Below are positions 61,520-64,000 of a stretch of DNA of 64,000 nt, piece after piece. The notes beneath the pieces are model-generated. The model had not been told where the DNA came from, made no database searches, and worked only from the letters and a program-made list of their open reading frames with translations. Origin of the DNA: Squalus acanthias (Eukaryota); contig CM059432.1 of NCBI GenBank assembly GCA_030390025.1, forward strand, positions 19,966,001 to 20,030,000, written 5' to 3'. Each line of letters starts with the position of its first letter. Position 1 is the stretch's first letter. Position numbers and translations under genes: made by a program.

Positions 61520-62872
61520 GAACATAAGAAATAGGAGCAGGATTAGGCCATTTGACACTTCAAGCCTGCTCCGCCATTCAATATCATGGCTGATCTTCTA
61601 CCTCATCGTCACTTTCCTGCACTATCCCCATATCCATTGATTTCCTTAACATCCAAAAATCTATCGATCTCTGTCTTGAATATACTCAACGACTGAGCCT
61701 CCACAGCCCTCTGGGGTAGAGAATTCCAAAGATTCACCACCCTCTGAGTGAATAAATTTCTCCTCATCTCAGTCCTAAATGGCTGACCCCTTATTCTGAG
61801 ACTGTGACCCCTGGTTCTAGACTCCCCAGCCAGAGGAAACATCCTCCCTGCATCTACCCTGTAGGAATTTTGTATGTTTCAATGAGATCACCTCTCATTC
61901 TTCTAAACTCTGGAGAATATAGGCCTAGTCTACTCAATCTCTCCTCATAGGACAATACCCCATCCCAGGAACCAGTCTGGTGAACCTTCGTTGCACTTCC
62001 TCTATGGCAAGTATATCCTTCCTTAGGTAAGGAGACCAAAACTGTACACAATACTCCAGGTGTGGTCTCACCAGGGCCCTATATAATTGCAGTAAGACAT
62101 CTTTAACCTGATACTCTTGTAATAAAGGCCAACATACCTTTTGCTTTCCTAATTGCTTGTTGTACCTGCATGCTAACCTTCAGTGATTCGTGTAAAAGGG
62201 CACCCAGGTCCCTCTGAACTCCAACATTTCCCAATCTCTCACCGTTTAAAAAATACTCTGCTTTTCTATTTTTTCTACCAAAGTGGATAACTTCACATTT
62301 CTCCACATTATATTCCATTTGCCATGTTCTTGCCCACTCACTTAGCCTGTCTATATCCCCTTGAAGCCTCCTGGCATCCTCCTCACAACTTACATTCCCA
62401 CCTAGAATTGTATCATCAGCAAACTTGGATATATTACATTTGGTCCCCTCATCCAAATCATTGATGTAGATTGTGAATAGCTGAGGCCCAAGCACTGACC
62501 CTTGTGGTACCCCACTTGTTACAGTCTGCCAACCCGAAAATTACCCGTTTAGTCCTACTCTGTTTTCTGTCCCTTAACCAATCGCCAATCCATGCTAGTA
62601 TATTACCCTCAATCCCATGAGCCCTAATTTTGTTTAATAACCTCTTGTGTGGCACCTTATCGAATGCCTTCTGAAAATCCAAATACACCACATCCACTGG
62701 TTCCCCCTTATCTATTCTGGTAGTGACAGCCTCAAAAAACTCTTATTTGTCAAACACGATTTCCCGTTCATAAATCCGTGTTGACTGCCCAATCCTATTA
62801 TTATTTTCTAAGTGCCCTGTTACCACGTCCTTAATAGTAGATTCTAGCATTTTCCCTACTACTGATGTCAGG
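61520..62872 (-). mobile_element. CR1 (HER1-like) LINE, RT region and 3' end
   Basis: DVVYLDFQKAFDKVPH, LGPQLFTIYINDLD, KFADD, LSYEERL, WNSLP; several frameshifts. A deleted relative lies at ~63530-63810. Confidence 0.92.
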
Positions 62873-64000
62873 TGCTTTGGGTTGTTCTGAGGTTGCGAAA
62901 AGCGCTATAGAAATGCTATCTTTCAAGTCTTTCTTTTGTTTCTGTTTACTTATCCATTTAGTAAATGTATTTATCACTTTATGGCCCAAGCTGTAGTATA
63001 GTGATGTCATTATTCCACCACCTTTTCAAGATGTGGAGGATCATGTGAGGGAATGCGACATAACCTGGAGCTCTGTTTAATCCCTGAGCTTGATAGAACT
63101 GACCATATAGTAGGTGGGGAATGGCGCACGGTGATCAGAGGGGGTGAGGGGTCTCATATGGGAGTGGTCTTGAACCCAAGATAAAAATTGGAAATGTGAC
63201 ACAAAAGTCAAAGGTTATCGAATGCAGCAACAAGGACAGTGACTAAAACAGCAACACAGAATTTCATTCATAAGTTATTCCTATCAGCACGTGACATCGC
63301 TGCACAGAGGACATGTGACTTAAAAGAGGGAAGATAAAAAGAGGGAAAAGGAAATATCTCTGGAGTAACAGAAAATAACCATTGCACTTTGAACAATTTA
63401 CTTCTTTGAGTGTTAGCCATGGCCAAAGAATTCTTTCTTTCCCCCTTCAATTTCTCTCCAATGAATTTATTTTTAAATTCTATTGCTCAAAAACAACAAA
63501 GAAGGACCACTGCCTGTTTTGTGCAAATGAACATAAGAACGTAAGAAATATGAGCAGGAGTGGGCCATACGACCCATCGAGCCTGCTCCACCATTCAATA
63601 AGATCGTGGCTGAATATTCATTGCACCCCCTCTAAGGCAAGTATATCCTTCTTTAGGTAAGAAGACCAAAACTGTGCACAATGTGGTCTCACCAAAGCCC
63701 TATATAATTGTAGCAAGACTTCCTTACTCTTCTACTCCAACCCCCTTGCAATAAAGGCTAACCTACCATTTGCCTTCCTAATTGCTTGCTGTACCTGCAT
63801 GTTAATTTCTGTGAATATGTGAATAGAGTTCCTCTCCTTGGTTTACTGATACGAATCAAACCTCAACAGGGTTGACTCTGGATTTTGTGTGCTAAAGAGT
63901 GTTTCAAAAGGTCTTAGTTTCGAGGCTGTATCAAAAACCATACCATTAACTCTATAATTTTTTCCCTCTTCTGCGTTATTGAATAGTCAAGGTCGCGATT

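Overview
Eukaryotic, repeat-rich genomic DNA, almost certainly from a cartilaginous fish (shark/ray-type CR1, Deu-domain SINE, Penelope and Harbinger-like repeats). The window is intronic sequence of a minus-strand syntaxin-family gene. Only one coding exon is convincing: 12877-13065, 189 nt, phase 0-0, matching TSNARE1 as recalled from the human protein. The rest is LINE/SINE fragments, non-autonomous DNA transposons and three large G/C-skewed minisatellites (3592-6700, 15743-18420, 45911-52856). All long ORFs in the ORF track are minisatellite artefacts or decayed LINE ORF2. The most striking observation is a ~3.4 kb ORF2-only LINE (33566-36970, minus) that starts with a tRNA-derived A/B-box head shared with a local SINE family and has no TTTT Pol III terminator on its sense strand across ~3.1 kb, making it a candidate Pol III-driven retrotransposon. 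Other notable points are a 144-bp-arm palindrome carrying two minimal hammerhead ribozyme motifs, minisatellites that grew out of transposon sequence, and an LF-SINE-like element. All family assignments are by eye and from memory; no database searches were run.
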